32,000 bases of DNA from Nostoc punctiforme PCC 73102 (GCF_000020025.1 NC_010628.1:4470001-4502000); one strand, 5' to 3'; counted from the stretch's first letter, positions 22,632-32,000 are shown. Notes: a model not told the origin generated them from the letters alone. Numbers and translations are program-made.

Positions 22632-25600
22632 CTATTGTGATGATTCCGATTTGCCAATCTTGATCTGTGCGAGTGCCACCACAGCTTGAACTAACTCTTC
22701 TGGATCGAGGGGCTTGGTAACGTGCCGTTGATAGCCACTGGTTATAGCTCGCTGGGAATCATCAACTCTGGCATAAGCAGTTAAAGCGATCGCTGGGATT
22801 TGTCCGCCTTTTTCGGGGGTTAAAGCTCGGATCTGTTGAATCAGGTTATAGCCATCAACTTCAGGCATCCCAATATCACTGACTAACACATCGGGTTGAA
22901 AGGACTCTAGGTTTGCCAACACTTCTGTGGCAGAAGGAACAGTCAAGACTTGGGCTCCGTATTCAGCAAGCAATACTGTTAATAGCTCACGGGCATCGGG
23001 GTCATCATCCACTGTCAGGACTCGAATTCCCGTGAGTTCAAGTCCTGGTTGTAGCAAATCATCCGTCTGCTTGATTTCTGGTTGAAGATTCAGCAGTGGC
23101 AACTGGACTGTAAAGGTGGCTCCTAAACCTTCACCAGGACTGTCAGCCGTGATGGTGCCGCCGTGAGCCTCAACTAACTGACGAACGATCGCTAATCCCA
23201 ATCCTAACCCGCCATACTTGCGAGTAATTGAGACATCTTCTTGACGGAATGACTCAAAAATGTGTGGGAGAAATTCAGGGTTAATGCCTTTGCCAGTGTC
23301 ACTCACAATAATGTGTGCCTGCTCGTCAACTCGCTCTAATCGGATTTCTACCCGTCCCCCCTTGGGAGTAAATTTGATAGCGTTGGAAAGTAAATTCCAA
23401 ACGATCTGTTGGAGGCGGTTGGAATCTCCAGAGACTTGCCCAATATTCGGCAGTACCGGATGCAACTGAATTGATTTGGCAATGGCTGCTGTATTTACCG
23501 TGTCGATCGCAGATTCAATCACAAATAACAGATTTACAGGAGTGACATCCAGGCTGAGTTTGCCGCGCAGAATCTTGGCAATATCGAGCAAGTCATCAAT
23601 TAGTTGAGTTTGCAGTTTAACGTTGCGTTCGATGCTAGCCAAAGCTTGAGCTGTTTTGGTTTCATTAAATTTGCGGCTTTGCAGCATCTTTGTCCAGCCA
23701 AGAATGGGGTTAAGAGGCGATCGCAATTCATGGGAGAGAATGGCAAGAAATTCATCTTTGATCCGATTTGCACGTTCGGCTTCGGCCCGTGCGGCTTGCT
23801 CTAGTTGGAATAGGCGATCGCGTTCAACCTCTAGTTGTTTTTGCGCTTCGATATCTGTTGCACTGCCAAACCATTTGACAATTTCACCTTGCCGATCTTT
23901 TTGTGGAATTGCTTGGTGCAGATGCCAGCGATACACACCATCTGCCCGCCGCATCCGACCTTCGGCTTGATAAGAAGTACCCTGTTGTACTGCCTTGCTC
24001 CATTCTTTAACCAATATCAGTACATCTTCTGGATGGACAACCTCTCTCCAGCCGCTGGTGTGAGCTTGTTCCAGGGTTAATCCTGTGAATTCTAACCAAC
24101 GTTGATTGACATCCAATAACCTTCCTTCGGGGTTGGCTGTCCAGACTAATTGTGGGATTAATTCTGCCAAGCAGCGATAGCGTTCTTCACTTTGCCGTAA
24201 TTCTTCTTCTACCTGTTTGCGCTCGGTGATATCTTGCACGTTGCCCAACATCCGTACCGCATTACCCACAGTATCGTAGAAAACCTGACCTTTAGCCGCT
24301 AACCAGCGAATGCCATCGGGATGTAGGATGCGGAAATCATCTTCATAGCCCTCTTGCTGTTGCTGGATGGTGCGATTCACCGTTTCATTGGTTGAAGTGC
24401 GATCATCTGGGTGCAGGCAGCTTAACCAGTTTTCATAGGTAATTGACTTTGTGGTTGGGTCAAACCCGAACAGATGGCAGTATTCTTCAGAGATATGAGC
24501 GCTGTTGCGGATAATGTCCCAATCCCATAGTCCCGATCGCGTCGCTTTGTATGCTAGCTTTAATCGGGCTTCGCTCTGCTGCAAGAGGAGTTCTGTCTTT
24601 TTGCGATCGGTAATGTCTCGTGAAATCAACAAGATTCGTTCTAACTGCCCGGAGGCATCCAGAATCGGGCTAACGACCACTTCCCACCATTTGGGAGTGC
24701 TTTTTACGGTTGGACAGTATCCGCTAAAAATGCTGATTTCGCCTGCTTTAGTGGCAGCGAGTGCCTGCTCTGCCTGTTGCCGATAGCTGCCTGACCAGAA
24801 ACAGAGCCATTCAGTATTCAGATAGGAATTTAAGTCGTCAATTTCCATCAAACACAGACCACCTGTATTCATATATAGCAGCCGCCCGTCGAGGCTTAAT
24901 ACCTTGATGCAGTCAGAACTGCTGTCTAAAATGCGGTTTTTAAATTCCTCACTCCGGCGCAGAGCTTCTTCGGTTTGTTGGCGAACGGTGATATCTCGCC
25001 AGGTGGCAACAAATCCATCTCCAAATTTAGCCACGCGGATATCAAACGCTTTAACTAAGCGTTGCTCTCCGTACTCATCCTCATAAACTAGGCTGTCTTT
25101 AATCAGCGCTTGCCCTGTTTCTACTACCTGACAGTAATCATCAAACAATCCACTGTGACGATGGCTTGGTAATAATTCACACAACCCTCGCCCAATCTGC
25201 TGCTCATAAGTCATTTGATTGTTGAGACAAGCCGCATCATTTACATATTCAGTTACAAAATCGACAATCTGCCCTTGCTCATTCCGCACAGCGCGGTATA
25301 CCCCAAAGCAGTCCAGCATATTTTCAACAGATGTGCGGAAGCGTTCTTCGCTTTCTTGGAGAGCTGCGAGAGAGTGTTTGCGAGCGCTGATGTCTTCGGC
25401 AATACCTGCAAAACGATAAATCTCCCCTGTTTTATCTCGAAGCCCAAAACAGCGATCGTGAACCCAGCGTATACTACCATCGGGTAAAATAACCCGGTAT
25501 TCCTCATCAAATTTACCTGCAACAGCTTTTTCATGAAACGCTTTTTGAGTCGCTTCCCGATCCTCTGGGTGAATACGATCGATCCATGATTGTTGTCCTT

Positions 25601-27146
25601 GATACAACTCCTCCGAGTTCAATCCCCACAAGCGTTCATAAGCAGGACTTACATAGCTGACTCGATTTTCAGACACTTCTCTAATCCAGAACACTGCATC
25701 AATATTTTCTGCAAGTTGCCGGAAACGTTCTTCACTCTCGCGCAGAGCTTCGGCTGACCGTTTGCGTTCGGTGACATCTATATCAATACCAGCCATCTGC
25801 ATCGGTTGCCCGTGTTGGTCGTAAAATACCTTGCCTTGGCTTAATGCCCAGCGAATTGTGCCGTTGGGATATACTACCCGAAATTCAATGTCATATTCTT
25901 CTCCGGTGGCGACAGCACGATTGACGGTTGCCAGCACGCGATCGCGATCTTCAGGGTGGACTCGCGCGGCAAACATCTCGAATGAGCCGTCAAACTCTCC
26001 TGGTTGCAGCCCAAATAAGGCTTCTAGATTATCCGACCAGGTAATTTTTCCCGTTTGGATGTTCCAGTTCCACGTTCCCATCCGAGAGGCTGACAATGCC
26101 AATCGCAGATGTTCTTCGCTTTGGCACAGTTCCGCTTCTACCTGTTGGCGTTCCTTTAGTTCATGCTGTGCCTGCTGATACAGTTCTGCCTGTCGCAAAG
26201 CGATACTCATCTGAGTTGCCAACTCTTTAAGCAAGTCAATTTCTAAGGGCTGCCAAAATCGAGGGGAGGTACAATGATGAGCAATTAGCAATCCCCAAAA
26301 CTGGTTGTCTTGCAGAATTGGTACAACCAGATGAGCTTTGACTTGAAACTGTGCCAACAATTCACCGTGGCATGAATCAATACTGCTGTCATGAATGTCT
26401 GATACTGCCGTTACTTGCCCCTGATAATAGCGTTCGATATAATTCTTGAGCAAGGCGGGATCGTACCTGACTTGCGGTCGATTGGAGGTAGTGTAGCTCT
26501 CAGCTAGGCAGGGATCTTGGATAGTGGAGGAAAGAAGCGATCGCCATTCTGTCCCAACCGATTCTGCCATGACTGTCCCATCTCCGTCAGGATTTAACCG
26601 AAAAACCAGGACACGATCTGTGTGGAGAAACTGCCGCACCTCGGCTACAGTTGTCTGAAGAATTTCATCCAGATTCAGGGACTGATGAATTTGCTGGGTA
26701 ATCTGCGCGACTAAGCGCTCTCGTTCAATACGCTGTTGCAGTTGGGTGCGTAGCCGCACTGTTTCAATTGCCCCATTGATTGCTATTTGCAGCCCTTGTG
26801 CGGTAATTTGCTTTTTGACAATATAATCTTGTGCGCCCGCTTTCATCGCTTGAACTGCGATCGCCTCATTGCCCTGCCCTGTGACGACAATCACAGGTAG
26901 ACACGGCTGTTGGGTTGAGGTTTGCAATTTCGCCAGAAATTCTAGTCCGTCTATATCAGGCAGTCGATAATCAAGTAAAATTGCATCTGGTTGGTGTTGC
27001 TGCCAGAGTTCTAGCCCTTGCTGTCCCAGAGTTGCTTCTAGGAAAGTGTAAGAATATTCGCGATCGCGCAACAAATACCGCCGATAAAGTTCTCGATCTT
27101 CTGGTGAACCATCGATAATTAAGAGGGTGCGCTGTTGCTGAGACAT
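22632..27146 (-). CDS. Hybrid sensor histidine kinase: REC, GAF, about six PAS/PAC, HisKA, HATPase_c, REC
   Basis: 1504 aa. The N-terminal REC reads LLIIDGSPEDRE...ILLDYRLPD. A GAF domain follows, then six PAS units separated by RxSEER(F/Y)R linkers. The H-box is EFLAILSHELRSPLNPILGW. The C-terminal REC reads VLTVDDDPD...LVSDIGMP...VTKP. Confidence 0.92.
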   Translation of the reverse strand: MSQQQRTLLIIDGSPEDRELYRRYLLRDREYSYTFLEATLGQQGLELWQQHQPDAILLDYRLPDIDGLEFLAKLQTSTQQPCLPVIVVTGQGNEAIAVQAMKAGAQDYIVKKQITAQGLQIAINGAIETVRLRTQLQQRIERERLVAQITQQIHQSLNLDEILQTTVAEVRQFLHTDRVLVFRLNPDGDGTVMAESVGTEWRSLLSSTIQDPCLAESYTTSNRPQVRYDPALLKNYIERYYQGQVTAVSDIHDSSIDSCHGELLAQFQVKAHLVVPILQDNQFWGLLIAHHCTSPRFWQPLEIDLLKELATQMSIALRQAELYQQAQHELKERQQVEAELCQSEEHLRLALSASRMGTWNWNIQTGKITWSDNLEALFGLQPGEFDGSFEMFAARVHPEDRDRVLATVNRAVATGEEYDIEFRVVYPNGTIRWALSQGKVFYDQHGQPMQMAGIDIDVTERKRSAEALRESEERFRQLAENIDAVFWIREVSENRVSYVSPAYERLWGLNSEELYQGQQSWIDRIHPEDREATQKAFHEKAVAGKFDEEYRVILPDGSIRWVHDRCFGLRDKTGEIYRFAGIAEDISARKHSLAALQESEERFRTSVENMLDCFGVYRAVRNEQGQIVDFVTEYVNDAACLNNQMTYEQQIGRGLCELLPSHRHSGLFDDYCQVVETGQALIKDSLVYEDEYGEQRLVKAFDIRVAKFGDGFVATWRDITVRQQTEEALRRSEEFKNRILDSSSDCIKVLSLDGRLLYMNTGGLCLMEIDDLNSYLNTEWLCFWSGSYRQQAEQALAATKAGEISIFSGYCPTVKSTPKWWEVVVSPILDASGQLERILLISRDITDRKKTELLLQQSEARLKLAYKATRSGLWDWDIIRNSAHISEEYCHLFGFDPTTKSITYENWLSCLHPDDRTSTNETVNRTIQQQQEGYEDDFRILHPDGIRWLAAKGQVFYDTVGNAVRMLGNVQDITERKQVEEELRQSEERYRCLAELIPQLVWTANPEGRLLDVNQRWLEFTGLTLEQAHTSGWREVVHPEDVLILVKEWSKAVQQGTSYQAEGRMRRADGVYRWHLHQAIPQKDRQGEIVKWFGSATDIEAQKQLEVERDRLFQLEQAARAEAERANRIKDEFLAILSHELRSPLNPILGWTKMLQSRKFNETKTAQALASIERNVKLQTQLIDDLLDIAKILRGKLSLDVTPVNLLFVIESAIDTVNTAAIAKSIQLHPVLPNIGQVSGDSNRLQQIVWNLLSNAIKFTPKGGRVEIRLERVDEQAHIIVSDTGKGINPEFLPHIFESFRQEDVSITRKYGGLGLGLAIVRQLVEAHGGTITADSPGEGLGATFTVQLPLLNLQPEIKQTDDLLQPGLELTGIRVLTVDDDPDARELLTVLLAEYGAQVLTVPSATEVLANLESFQPDVLVSDIGMPEVDGYNLIQQIRALTPEKGGQIPAIALTAYARVDDSQRAITSGYQRHVTKPLDPEELVQAVVALAQIKIGKSESSQ

Positions 27147-27176
27147 CGTGAATAAATTGAGCGGATAGAGTTCAAG

Positions 27177-27425
27177 CCCACATCCCGCAGGTTATCACAG
27201 AGAGATTACTATTTTTGAAATAGCGCTAAAATCCTCATCTATGTAAAGATTTTACCATACCCTCTATTTTATGGTTTTAAGAAAAGTCTATCATAAAACC
27301 CACATTCCGCAGGTTAGGACAGAGGAATTGGTATTTTTGAAATAGCGCTAAAATTGTAATTCCTCATCATAATATGATGGTATGCAAAAATCATACCTAC
27401 CCCTATTCTATGGCTCAAGAGAAGA
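27177..27425. repeat. Imperfect tandem duplication, 122-bp period, two copies
   Basis: The core at 27177-27232 matches 27299-27354 at 49 of 56 positions. Each core contains the palindrome TAGCGCTA. Copy 2 carries a 7-nt insertion TGTAATT. The tails share CCTCATC and TATT(T/C)TATGG(T/C)T..AAG. Confidence 0.85.
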
Positions 27426-27780
27426 ACAAATCGGGTTTCATTTTCCTCTGAAGAGATTGAAAAATATCGATTACAGCAATATCAAAAATATAATACCAAA
27501 CTGAATGCGAGCGTCATTAGCCTAATAGCAAATGCAGCAGTTTGCTTTTACTGAAGTAATGAAAAGTTTGGTTTACCACTATGTCCAAGCTACCAAAACA
27601 AAACTCTGACAATGTACAACTACCATAGCCAGATAATGTTAAATTGCCACACCATAATTTTGAACTAATTTGGCTAGATGATGGGTATAAAATAGAAGCT
27701 ATAACCGTATTTTTATTGTTTGTACTCACGTGGCAGTTGTGGTTGGCGAAAGAGCTTAATGTTTTCACCATATCTATCGG

Positions 27781-27912
27781 TTAACCCATAATTAAGCTGT
27801 TGTGAATTGTTCGATTTCCTGGCAGGTGTAACTCTTGGGTGGTAATTTGCTCTTTGAGCAGATAATCTATGTGCGTCCGCTTTCATCACCGGAACTGCAA
27901 TGATACTGTTGC
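27781..27912 (-). pseudogene. Degenerate relic of the C-terminal third of a receiver (REC) domain
   Basis: The minus strand reads NSIIAVPVMKADAH, one extra base, then DYLLKEQITTQELHLPGNRTIHNSLIMG and a stop. Positions 27841-27897 match 26802-26858 (N-terminal REC of the adjacent kinase) at about 49 of 58 aligned positions with one 1-nt indel. No N-terminal part and no start codon are present. Confidence 0.6.
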
Positions 27913-28013
27913 ATAAATACTAGAAAATAGCGAAAAATTCTACAAAAAGCAAAGGCAAGCTTTTGGAAGAACTCTAGGTAGAATACATAAGCCTCACCTT
28001 TTTCCTCAAAATC

Positions 28014-29102
28014 ATGGGCAATATTTTTGGTCATTTATTTCGCATTAGTACTTTTGGCGAGTCTCACGGCGGCGGTGTGGGGGTTGTGATTGATGGTTGT
28101 CCTCCACAACTAGAAATTTCGGCAGAAGAAATTCAGGTAGAACTAGATAGAAGGCGGCCGGGACAAAGTAAAATTACGACTCCCCGCAAAGAAGCTGATA
28201 CCTGCGAGATTATCTCAGGAGTATTTGAAGGCAAAACGCTGGGAACCCCTATAACGATTTTGGTACGTAATCAAGATACTCGTCCCCAAGATTATGACGA
28301 GATGGCACAGAAGTATCGGCCTTCTCACGCGGATGCAACCTATGATGCAAAATATGGCATTCGCAATTGGCAAGGTGGGGGTAGGTCGTCAGCACGTGAG
28401 ACAATCGGGAGAGTAGCAGCAGGTGCGATCGCTAAAAAAATTCTCCGTCAAGTTGCCAATGTCGAAATTATTGCTTACGTTAAGCGGATTAAAGACTTGG
28501 AAGGTGTAGTCGATCCTAATACTGTAACCTTAGAACAAGTAGAAAGCAATATCGTTCGCTGTCCCGATGCTGAATGTGGCGATCGCATGATTGAATTGAT
28601 TGAGCAAATAGGTAGACAAGGCGATTCTATCGGCGGTGTCGTAGAATGTGTGGCGCGAAATGTACCGAAAGGTTTGGGCGAACCAGTATTTGATAAATTA
28701 GAAGCTGATATCGCTAAGGGTGTCATGTCTCTGCCTGCTAGCAAAGGCTTTGAAATTGGTTCCGGTTTTGCGGGAACGCTACTAACGGGAATTGAGCATA
28801 ACGACGAATTTTATATCGATCAAAATGATGAAATCCGTACAGTAACAAACCGTTCTGGCGGTATTCAAGGCGGGATTTCTAACGGCGAAAATATCATTTT
28901 GCGAGTTGCATTTAAGCCGACAGCAACAATTAGAAAAGAACAGAAGACTGTAACTCGTGAGGGCGAAGAAACACTATTAGCAGCAAAAGGACGACACGAT
29001 CCTTGTGTATTACCGCGTGCAGTGCCAATGGTTGAGGCAATGGTGGCGTTGGTACTATGTGACCATTTGTTACGGCATCATGGTCAGTGCAAAGTCTTGT
29101 AG
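28014..29102 (+). CDS. aroC: Chorismate synthase
   Basis: 362 aa. The N-terminus reads [41 protein letters not shown] and GRHDPCV are also present. Confidence 0.95.
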   Translation: MGNIFGHLFRISTFGESHGGGVGVVIDGCPPQLEISAEEIQVELDRRRPGQSKITTPRKEADTCEIISGVFEGKTLGTPITILVRNQDTRPQDYDEMAQKYRPSHADATYDAKYGIRNWQGGGRSSARETIGRVAAGAIAKKILRQVANVEIIAYVKRIKDLEGVVDPNTVTLEQVESNIVRCPDAECGDRMIELIEQIGRQGDSIGGVVECVARNVPKGLGEPVFDKLEADIAKGVMSLPASKGFEIGSGFAGTLLTGIEHNDEFYIDQNDEIRTVTNRSGGIQGGISNGENIILRVAFKPTATIRKEQKTVTREGEETLLAAKGRHDPCVLPRAVPMVEAMVALVLCDHLLRHHGQCKVL

Positions 29103-29114
29103 TCTCTTGTAGTC
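29095..29114. repeat. Perfect 10-bp tandem duplication spanning the aroC stop codon
   Basis: TCTTGTAGTC occurs at 29095-29104 and again at 29105-29114. The first copy contains the TAG stop (29100-29102). Confidence 0.9.
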
Positions 29115-29132
29115 TATATATCGACTTAGGAA

Positions 29133-29161
29133 AGACGCGATTAATCGCGTCTGTACAAGAG
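29133..29161. repeat. Short dispersed palindromic repeat, copy 2 (possible bidirectional terminator)
   Basis: AGACGCGATTAATCGCGTCT is a perfect 20-bp palindrome (29133-29152). GTACAAGAG follows. The outer arm CTCTTGTA (29104-29111) is complementary to TACAAGAG (29154-29161). Confidence 0.75.
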
Positions 29162-29193
29162 TTGGAAGTACGAGGGAATAATTAATTCCCCAT

Positions 29194-29231
29194 TCCCCAT
29201 ACTTCGACTACGCTCAGTACAAGTTCCCCAT
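29194..29231. repeat. TCCCCAT heptamer array interrupted by a 24-bp insert
   Basis: TCCCCAT lies at 29194-29200. The insert ACTTCGACTACGCTCAGTACAAGT lies at 29201-29224. TCCCCAT resumes at 29225-29231. Confidence 0.8.
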
Positions 29232-29234
29232 TGC

Positions 29235-29531
29235 CTAATTCCAATCCTGTTCGTCTTTTTTACCGCGACTTTTGTAAATACCGCCCAAATCGTGAATTTT
29301 GCGAGTTTTCTCAAAAAGCTCAATTTCGGTCAAACCCCATTGCTGCAAGACTTTATCTAGGTCTTTTTGGATGTCTCTTGCGCCTGGAAAGCCTTGATAA
29401 CGCATTCGCAGCCTGGCTAATTCTGCTAAGTTATAGTCTGTCGCCTCTTGAGCGAGTAAGATATCAATAAGGGGGCGATCGCGATTATAAAGAGGGTGTT
29501 GTTGGTCTTTACCAACCGTTGGTTCAGTCAT
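29235..29531 (-). CDS. Small conserved cyanobacterial protein, probably DUF3288 family
   Basis: 98 aa with an ATG start. QHPLYNRDRPLIDILLAQEATDYNLAELARLRMRYQGFPGARDIQKDLDKVL resembles DUF3288 proteins. This is from memory and unverified. Confidence 0.65.
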   Translation of the reverse strand: MTEPTVGKDQQHPLYNRDRPLIDILLAQEATDYNLAELARLRMRYQGFPGARDIQKDLDKVLQQWGLTEIELFEKTRKIHDLGGIYKSRGKKDEQDWN

Positions 29532-29873
29532 CGTCAGTCCTGAGTGTTGTTAGCGAATAGCTAGGGTTTAGACCGTTCTGAGTCCTGAGTTCTAAGTTTA
29601 ACCGAGAGCAGAGGAGCAGAAAAGGCAAAAAAATCATCTTCTCCACTGGAAAACTAATTGTAAAATTGAGAACTCCTTACTTACTCCTAACCTCTAACTC
29701 CCAACTCTTAAATTCTCTTAGACGGCTAGTACACCTGATGTCTTACGGCTCTCACCACTGCCACTTAACTTTAAATAAAGTTACATTAGTCCTTAAGAAA
29801 ATACAAAAAACTTTAGATGAGGGTGAATTTTATCTCACCCAAAGTCCAAGCAGCGAGGGAGCAAGAACCCATT

Positions 29874-32000
29874 ATGTTTGAACACTTCACTTCCGAAGCC
29901 ATTAGAGTAATTATGCTAGCTCAGGAAGAAGCACGTCGCCTGGGACACAATTTCGTAGGAACTGAACAAATTCTCCTGGGTTTGATGGGAGAAGGAACTG
30001 GGGTTGCTGCTAAAGTGCTGGCCGAATTAGGCGTTACCCTCAAAGACGCACGTCGTGAGGTAGAAAAAATTATTGGTAGGGGTTCTGGCTTTGTACCACC
30101 AGAAATTCCTTTCACTCCCAAGGTGAAAAGCCTCTTCGAGCAATCTTTTAAAGAAGCTCATAGTCTGGGACAGAATTACATCAACACAGAACACTTACTC
30201 TTAGGATTAACTGAGGCTGGTGAAGGTGTCGCCGCCAAAGTCCTGCAAAATCTAGGAGTTGACTTCAAGAGTGTCCGTAGTGCCATAGTTCGCCGTTTGG
30301 GTGAAAATGCACCAGCTTTCGCTGGTAGTGGTAGTCAAAAGCGCACCCAACCGCTAACGATGGAAGAATATGGCAGAAATTTGACCAAATTAGCGCAAGA
30401 AGGCAGACTCGACCCCGTAGTTGGTCGTGAGAAGGAAATTGAGCGGGCGATCCAAATTCTCGGTCGCCGGACTAAGAATAATCCCGTGTTGATTGGAGAA
30501 CCAGGAGTTGGTAAAACTGCGATCGCAGAAGGTCTAGCTCAAAGAATTATCAACCAAGATGTTCCCGAAACCTTGCAAGACAAGCAAGTTATCAGCCTCG
30601 ATATGGGGTCATTGGTAGCTGGGACTCGCTTCCGTGGCGATTTTGAAGAACGCATCAAAAAAGTTGTGGAAGAAGTTCGCACTGTCGGTAACATAATTTT
30701 GGTAATTGACGAAATTCACACCTTGGTTGGCGCTGGTGGTACAGAAGGTGGTTTGGATGCAGCCAACATCCTCAAACCTGCCTTAGCACGGGGTGAACTC
30801 CAGTGCATCGGCGCAACAACCCTTGATGAGTATCGGAAGCACATCGAGCGCGATGCCGCACTAGAACGTCGTTTCCAACCAATTATGGTTGGTGAACCCT
30901 CAGTAGAAGAAACCGTACAAATTCTTTACGGCTTGCGCGGCGCTTACGAACAGCACCACAAAGTCACAATTTTGGATTCGGCACTTGTAGCAGCCGCAGA
31001 ATTATCAGACCGCTACATTAGCGATCGCTTCTTGCCAGATAAGGCAATAGACTTGATTGATGAAGCTGGTTCTCGCGTTCGTCTGCGGAATTCTCAAAGT
31101 TCTCCCAATAAAGAACTCAAGCGTGAACTCGCTGGCGTTACCAAAGAAAAAGAAGCAGCAGTCAGAGTCCAAGATTTTGACAAAGCTGTAACCCTACGCG
31201 ACCAAGAGTTAAAACTCGCAGAACAACTGCAAGCAACGTTTACACCAAACGAGCAACCTGTCAACTCTACTGTAGTTGACGAAGAAGACATTGCTCAAAT
31301 CGTTGCCTCTTGGACTGGCGTACCAGTCAACAAACTGACTGAATCTGAATCAGAGTTGCTTCTGCACCTAGAAGACACTCTGCATCAACGCCTCATCGGT
31401 CAAGAGCAAGCTGTCTCGGCTGTATCTCGCGGTATCCGTCGCGCCCGCGTCGGCTTGAAAAATCCCAATCGTCCCATTGCTAGCTTTATCTTCTCCGGGC
31501 CTACCGGAGTCGGTAAAACAGAATTGGCCAAGGCATTAGCTTCCTACTTCTTCGGTGCGGAAGACTCAATGATTCGGCTAGATATGTCCGAATACATGGA
31601 AAGTCATACTGTCGCCAAGCTAATTGGTTCGCCTCCGGGTTACGTCGGATACGACGAAGGCGGACAACTTACAGAAGCCGTGCGCCGGAAACCTTACACA
31701 GTGTTGCTATTCGACGAAATCGAAAAAGCACACCCCGATGTATTCAATATGCTGCTGCAAATCTTGGATGACGGTCATCTTACCGATGCCAAAGGTCGGA
31801 AGGTGGACTTCAAGAATACGCTGATCATTTTGACATCTAACATCGGTTCCAAGGTGATTGAAAAAGGTGGTAGTGGTTTAGGCTTTGACTTCGACACTCA
31901 AGCCAACGCTAGTTATAACCGCATCCGCACCTTGGTAAACGAGGAATTGAAAGCTTACTTCCGTCCTGAGTTCCTGAACCGTCTTGATGAAATTATCGTC
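29874..32000 (+). CDS. clpC: ClpC-type AAA+ chaperone (Clp protease ATP-binding subunit), N-terminal 709 codons; the gene runs off the window end
   Basis: Absent from the ORF track because no stop lies in the window. It reads open from ATG 29874 through 32000 (2127 nt = 709 codons). It shows the Clp_N repeats ([37 protein letters not shown]), Walker A motifs GEPGVGKT and GPTGVGKTE, and a UVR-like segment ([19 protein letters not shown]). The N-domain diverges from canonical ClpC, so it may be a paralogue. Confidence 0.88.
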   Translation, partial: MFEHFTSEAIRVIMLAQEEARRLGHNFVGTEQILLGLMGEGTGVAAKVLAELGVTLKDARREVEKIIGRGSGFVPPEIPFTPKVKSLFEQSFKEAHSLGQNYINTEHLLLGLTEAGEGVAAKVLQNLGVDFKSVRSAIVRRLGENAPAFAGSGSQKRTQPLTMEEYGRNLTKLAQEGRLDPVVGREKEIERAIQILGRRTKNNPVLIGEPGVGKTAIAEGLAQRIINQDVPETLQDKQVISLDMGSLVAGTRFRGDFEERIKKVVEEVRTVGNIILVIDEIHTLVGAGGTEGGLDAANILKPALARGELQCIGATTLDEYRKHIERDAALERRFQPIMVGEPSVEETVQILYGLRGAYEQHHKVTILDSALVAAAELSDRYISDRFLPDKAIDLIDEAGSRVRLRNSQSSPNKELKRELAGVTKEKEAAVRVQDFDKAVTLRDQELKLAEQLQATFTPNEQPVNSTVVDEEDIAQIVASWTGVPVNKLTESESELLLHLEDTLHQRLIGQEQAVSAVSRGIRRARVGLKNPNRPIASFIFSGPTGVGKTELAKALASYFFGAEDSMIRLDMSEYMESHTVAKLIGSPPGYVGYDEGGQLTEAVRRKPYTVLLFDEIEKAHPDVFNMLLQILDDGHLTDAKGRKVDFKNTLIILTSNIGSKVIEKGGSGLGFDFDTQANASYNRIRTLVNEELKAYFRPEFLNRLDEIIV

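Noticed and set aside
21128-22634. TGCAAGAAGT(T/C)TA direct repeats (21128-21140 and 22622-22634) as attachment or target-duplication sites flanking the AT-rich orphan segment
   Set aside because: The exact match is only 10 bp (12 of 13 overall). Each copy is explained locally by a hairpin arm, and no integrase or transposase is present. This is too weak to call an island boundary.
425-26178. Numerous 60-115-aa ORFs antisense to or out of frame within murT, the kinases, the GGDEF-EAL gene, bioF, spp and aroC (for example 425-658, 5606-5920, 10415-10729, 15093-15392, 23656-23970, 25831-26178)
   Set aside because: They lie fully inside long, well-supported genes. Their composition is biased and low-complexity (Ser/Arg/Cys-rich), and they lack independent start signals.
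27517-27771. 84-aa ORF in the kinase-aroC spacer
   Set aside because: It is AT-rich and low-complexity with no ribosome-binding site and no similarity to the GAF region that would follow a receiver domain. It is most likely a chance ORF in decayed sequence.
29532-29873. Structured leader or riboswitch upstream of clpC (hairpins TAACTTTAAATAAAGTTA at about 29766-29785 and GGGTGAATTTTATCTCACCC at 29819-29840)
   Set aside because: The stems are only 6-7 bp in AT-rich DNA, and they do not resemble any riboswitch class I know. Calling a regulatory RNA would require transcription-start and conservation data.

Overview
The window looks like chromosomal DNA from a filamentous Nostoc/Anabaena-type cyanobacterium. 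The basis is about 38 HIP1 octamers (GCGATCGC, counted by eye), STRR-type heptamer arrays abutting many gene ends, and an HstK-type Ser/Thr-plus-His kinase. No transposase, integrase, tRNA, rRNA or CRISPR array was seen. Housekeeping genes are gatD (partial), murT, a thioredoxin-fold lumenal protein, bioF, ruvA, spp, aroC, a DUF3288-like gene and clpC (partial). They are interleaved with very large signalling genes. At 3786-8851 there is a DUF4118-PAS-GAF hybrid histidine kinase split into two ORFs. At 9157-11319 there is a REC-PAS-GGDEF-EAL protein. At 11597-18234 there is a 2053-aa Ser/Thr kinase / P-loop NTPase / GAF-PAS-GAF / His kinase with a translationally coupled receiver. At 22632-27146 there is a 1504-aa REC-GAF-6xPAS hybrid kinase. 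I found no recognisable novel multi-gene system such as a defence island. The observations most worth follow-up are: (1) a perfect 11-bp tandem duplication that splits the ~1684-aa kinase inside a PAS domain; (2) a 21-bp x 10 mosaic tandem array upstream of murT; (3) an 870-bp non-coding region upstream of the 1504-aa kinase holding a 122-bp tandem duplication and a frameshifted receiver-domain relic; (4) four small inserts of 24-43 bp nested in heptamer arrays, one at the bioF start codon; (5) bioF bracketed by inverted composite STRR blocks; (6) an AT-rich divergent pair of orphan ORFs at 21247-22290. All functional calls rest on reading the translated sequences. No database search was run.
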